IMG/VR virus record: IMGVR_UViG_3300037512_001279
Location: 1-64,000 of that record
Direction: 5' to 3' (one strand)
Length of the DNA stretch: 64,000 bases
Source of the DNA: a virus
Lineage: Duplodnaviria > Caudoviricetes
A program made the translations under genes and the position numbers. Shown piece by piece: positions 60,705 through 64,000 of the stretch. A model generated the notes under the pieces. It did no database searches. It was given only the letters and a program-made list of their open reading frames with translations, and was not told the origin of the DNA. Position 1 is the first letter of the stretch; each line of letters opens with the position of its first letter.

Positions 60705-62300
60705 ATGTCAAATATAACAAAGCCCATGGTGCTGAACGAAACCGTTCAGGCACTAAATGGAAAACTTGATACAATGAATGCGTTTTTGGAGAGCATCGCT
60801 ACTAGCTTAGAGCCTTCTCCTACTCCTACTCCATCTGTCGGTGGGGCAGAAAAAGACGTAAATTTCTACGATTACGATGGTACTTTGGTTACATCTTATA
60901 CGGCTGAAGAATTTCTGGAGTTAAGTGAAATGCCTACTAATCCTACACATAATGGTCTTACAGCACAGGGATGGAACTGGACTTTAGAAGACGCACAGAG
61001 TTATGTAGAAGATAATGGAATGCTGGACATTGGCCAAAACTATGTAACAAGCGATGGAAAAACTAGAATTTATATTCATTTGGATGCCGGAAGACTATCT
61101 ATTCAATTAAATTTTAAGGTTCATGGCACGTGTGTTATTGATTGGGGCGATGAGCGTTCTGATTCAGTAACAAATGATGAAGGTAGTTATTATTATCCTT
61201 GCAGCGTAAATTCTACTCATGTATATGAATCTGCTGGCGATTATGTCATTACACTAGACGTTACCAATGCCAACTGTATAGCGTTTGGTGACGATGATGA
61301 TCACGAATATGCCATAATTTCTAAATGGGATGATAATGAGTATAATAGAGAAACATCAAATGCGAACTGGGGATTTTGTAATTCCATTAAGAAAATAGAA
61401 TTAGGCTCTAAGTATTATGAATTATTGGATTATGCGTTTATTGGATGCAGGAGTATGGAAAGCATAACAATTCCTAATACTGTGTATGATGCTGGCTACA
61501 GTAGTCCTTTTGATTTTTGCTATAATTTGAAATGCGTTGTAATTCCAGACGCTGTTCCGTTTGAGGATTGGAGCGAAGGTGGCGCAGAACCGGTAATATA
61601 TAACTATAAAACAACAAATATTGATTTTGAACTGTGCGATTGTCGGTCATTAAAATATTTACTACTTCCTAAAAGCGTAACATCTATTAACTTGGAGTCT
61701 TCTACTACATCTATTGAAAAAGTTATATTGCCTCCTGATATAGAAGAGTTTAGCTATTCAACAGATGATTATGTAGCAAGTCAATTAAAAACAGTTATTA
61801 TTCCGGAGGGTGTTGAAATTATTCCACAAGAAGCATTTTATGGCTGCGGTAAACTTTCGCATGTAAAAATACCAAGCACTCTAACGAGTATTTATGATGC
61901 TGCTTTTTGTGCTTGCCAATCATTATCCTCTATAGAATTGCCAGAAACAATATCATATATAGGTGAATATGCTTTTATGTCGTCTGGAATAGAATCCTTT
62001 ACTATTCCGCCTTTAGTAACTTATATAAGTTCTGGGACATTTAGTTACTGTGATATATTAACAACTATCAACATACATGAAAACGTGACAACTATAGATA
62101 CGCAAGCATTTAATTATTGTCATAGCCTTGGCGGTATTATATTTGCTGGTGATACTCCTCCGACAGTAGATAGTAGTGATACTTTTGATGAACTTCCGAC
62201 AGATTGTGTGCTTCATGTCCCAAATAATTCGTATACGTATGCCGAGAATTATCCAGACCCAAGCGTATATGTGTATGATTATTCTATAAATCCAAAGTAA
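60705..62300 (+). CDS. BspA-type leucine-rich repeat (LRR_5) protein
   Basis: Repeated L..I.IP..V..I...AF..C units; V.FYDYDGT and V.DWGD (PKD-like) upstream. Confidence 0.85.
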   Translation: MSNITKPMVLNETVQALNGKLDTMNAFLESIATSLEPSPTPTPSVGGAEKDVNFYDYDGTLVTSYTAEEFLELSEMPTNPTHNGLTAQGWNWTLEDAQSYVEDNGMLDIGQNYVTSDGKTRIYIHLDAGRLSIQLNFKVHGTCVIDWGDERSDSVTNDEGSYYYPCSVNSTHVYESAGDYVITLDVTNANCIAFGDDDDHEYAIISKWDDNEYNRETSNANWGFCNSIKKIELGSKYYELLDYAFIGCRSMESITIPNTVYDAGYSSPFDFCYNLKCVVIPDAVPFEDWSEGGAEPVIYNYKTTNIDFELCDCRSLKYLLLPKSVTSINLESSTTSIEKVILPPDIEEFSYSTDDYVASQLKTVIIPEGVEIIPQEAFYGCGKLSHVKIPSTLTSIYDAAFCACQSLSSIELPETISYIGEYAFMSSGIESFTIPPLVTYISSGTFSYCDILTTINIHENVTTIDTQAFNYCHSLGGIIFAGDTPPTVDSSDTFDELPTDCVLHVPNNSYTYAENYPDPSVYVYDYSINPK

Positions 62301-62325
62301 ACTAAGTAAAAGGAGGACATGAAAA

Positions 62326-62490
62326 ATGGATAATAAAGAAAAAACACCTTATTCTTCTATGACTTTCAAAGAGCGCATTGAAGCTATTAGAAAACAAAGG
62401 AAAGAACGCATTGAAGATTCTGCAAAAAAGCGCCATGAAGAAATAATGGCAGAAATTAAAAAGCGTCGCGAAGAGAGGGAAAAGAAATAG
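62326..62490 (+). CDS. 54-aa highly charged helical peptide
   Basis: AAGGAGG RBS; MDNKEK..KKRREEREKK translated by hand. Confidence 0.5.
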   Translation: MDNKEKTPYSSMTFKERIEAIRKQRKERIEDSAKKRHEEIMAEIKKRREEREKK

Positions 62491-62512
62491 GCTTCTGCTC
62501 TTCCATTTTGCT

Positions 62513-62585
62513 CAAATTTCAATCTAAAACGAATTTTACGAATACTTTTATGCCCGTAAATTAAAAATCGATTTAAGGGGCAAAT
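62513..62585 (+). repeat. tripartite motif, copy 2
   Basis: Matches 1071-1143 with identical spacing. Confidence 0.55.
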
Positions 62586-62595
62586 ACGCAATCAT

Positions 62596-62629
62596 GTGGG
62601 GAATGGCTTCGGCTGTTCCCCATTTTTTA
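62596..62629 (+). terminator. intrinsic terminator ending the late region
   Basis: TGGGGAATGGC-TTCG-GCTGTTCCCCA followed by T-run. Confidence 0.8.
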
Positions 62630-62806
62630 CTTTTGAATTGTATACACCGTACGTAAAAAGTGCAATCCTGCAAAAGCAAAAAAACGGAGCAGGCGACCAA
62701 ACCTACTCCGTGACGTAAACTTATTAAGCGACATATCCTTTCATAATATTTTATGTGGATATTTTGTAAAATCTTTAATTTTTTAACCATGACAATTTTT
62801 GATTAA

Positions 62807-63013
62807 GTGATTACAAAGTGATTACAACTCTGTTTTTGAGGAAACTATTTTAATTTAATATACTTGAGAATTATTATTTTTATTGAAGTTTTCAGAAACC
62901 GAAACAATAAAAAAATAGCGAAGGGGGGACTCGAACCATTGTCTTTTGAGCTTTTTTGAACTAGAAAACTAGCCGTATTTTCTCACTTTTTGGTGATTAC
63001 AACTGATTACAAC
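62807..63013. other. attP-like site: tRNA 3'-end core flanked by TGATTACAA arm-type repeats
   Basis: Minus strand 62937-62916 reads GGTTCGAGTCCCCCCTTCGCTA (T loop plus acceptor); tandem TGATTACAA pairs at 62808/62819 and 62994/63004; adjacent to integrase 3' end. Confidence 0.75.
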
Positions 63014-63030
63014 CGCATAAAATAAGGACT

Positions 63031-64000
63031 TTATGATGACAATGCTTTTTTGATTTGGGCTTGAGCCTCCTCAAAAGTCTTGTCAGAATAGTAGTAGTAA
63101 TCACGTGTGCAGTTAATATTCGTGTGTCCCATTTGTTTGATGATGAGTCTTTCGTCTACCCCGCCGTTAATAAGTTTCGTGGCATACGTTTTTCTGATTT
63201 TATGCATTGACCTTGGAGGTATTCCAAGTTTTTTACACAGTCTTAGAAGTCTCAACGTAAAACACCTGCTTAGGATTCTTTCTCCATTTTTCATAAACAT
63301 GTATTCACCGAATGGATTTTTCTTCCGTATTGTCGCAAGTATTTTTTTAGCCTCGTCATTTAATATGATCGTTCTGTTACCGGCTTCGGTCTTAGGAGAC
63401 TCTCTAACCTGGAATACGTAGCCACCATCTTTGTCCTTGAACCGTTCCTCTGTCTTTGTGATGCTCAACAAATCCCCAGTGACGTCGGAGTGCTTCAATG
63501 CAGAAAGTTCTCCTACTCTCAACCCTGTTTGAAAAACCAATAGAATTCCAAGGTCAATTAAGCTAGACCTCTTCCACAATTCGAACTCAACAGCATCGAT
63601 TTCTTCTTTTGTGAAAACCGAATCTTCATCTCGAATAACCTTTTTCTTAAAGGCTTTTCTTGACAGTTCGAGATAATCACCGAAGAAATCTTTTGCACTT
63701 ATGTCCGTGTATCCCCGTTTTTTGCCATACTTTAAAACGCCTATAATTAAGGTTCTTACACCATTGTAAGCCTTGTAAGACAGATTAAAGTCGGAAATTG
63801 TTTTCTTAATAAAGTCTTCAAGCTCTGACTCCGTCAGTCGTTGCAGTTCTACCTTGTCGAAACCAGTTTTTACAAAGTATCTTGTAAAGTCCGTCCTGTA
63901 ACGATCATATGTTTGTTTTTGTATTTCATTATATTCTAGTTTCCTGTCCACCCATTTGTCAAAAATTTCTCCAAACGTGTTCACCTGACTATGTTGGAAT
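63031..64000 (-). CDS. int: phage integrase (tyrosine recombinase), 5' end outside window
   Basis: TGLRVGEL, PKT, HKIRKT, MGH...T..YY; frame open to window edge. Confidence 0.9.
   Translation of the reverse strand, partial: FQHSQVNTFGEIFDKWVDRKLEYNEIQKQTYDRYRTDFTRYFVKTGFDKVELQRLTESELEDFIKKTISDFNLSYKAYNGVRTLIIGVLKYGKKRGYTDISAKDFFGDYLELSRKAFKKKVIRDEDSVFTKEEIDAVEFELWKRSSLIDLGILLVFQTGLRVGELSALKHSDVTGDLLSITKTEERFKDKDGGYVFQVRESPKTEAGNRTIILNDEAKKILATIRKKNPFGEYMFMKNGERILSRCFTLRLLRLCKKLGIPPRSMHKIRKTYATKLINGGVDERLIIKQMGHTNINCTRDYYYYSDKTFEEAQAQIKKALSS

Noticed and set aside
62916-62937. Complete tRNA gene near the integrase
   Set aside because: Only the T loop and acceptor 3' strand are present, consistent with an att core
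1-64000. Stop-codon reassignment
   Set aside because: Genes are full length under the standard code; TAA, TAG and TGA all end genes

Overview
This 64 kb window is the late/morphogenesis half of a large temperate siphovirus of the SPbeta-like type, almost entirely on the + strand. The low-GC composition, sigmaA promoters and GGAGG ribosome-binding sites suggest a Bacillota host, probably Clostridia. Gene order: YonO-like single-subunit RNA polymerase, tRNA and tRNA-like genes, PIN-PhoH, ClpP, metallophosphoesterase, HU, a tyrosine recombinase, fibre-like proteins, an uncharacterised six-gene operon, terminase, portal, protease/scaffold, capsid, head-tail and tail genes, IscS, lysis genes, RuvC-like resolvase, tape measure, baseplate/fibre genes, an attP-like site, and the 3' part of a convergent integrase. 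The major capsid and tape measure (TMP) genes look broken in the ORF track but are split by group I introns whose splice sites can be read by eye: capsid 27447-27845, TMP 44378-44782 and TMP 45320-46874. The most striking element is the second TMP intron, about 1.55 kb, with an atypical group I-like core and no homing endonuclease. It carries independently transcribed cargo: a candidate type I toxin-antitoxin locus in its P1 loop and two antisense zinc-ribbon membrane-protein genes, with their own promoter and terminator, in its P9 region. It would therefore be a self-splicing intron acting as a safe harbour for accessory genes inside an essential structural gene. All structures were deduced by hand; no searches or folding programs were run.
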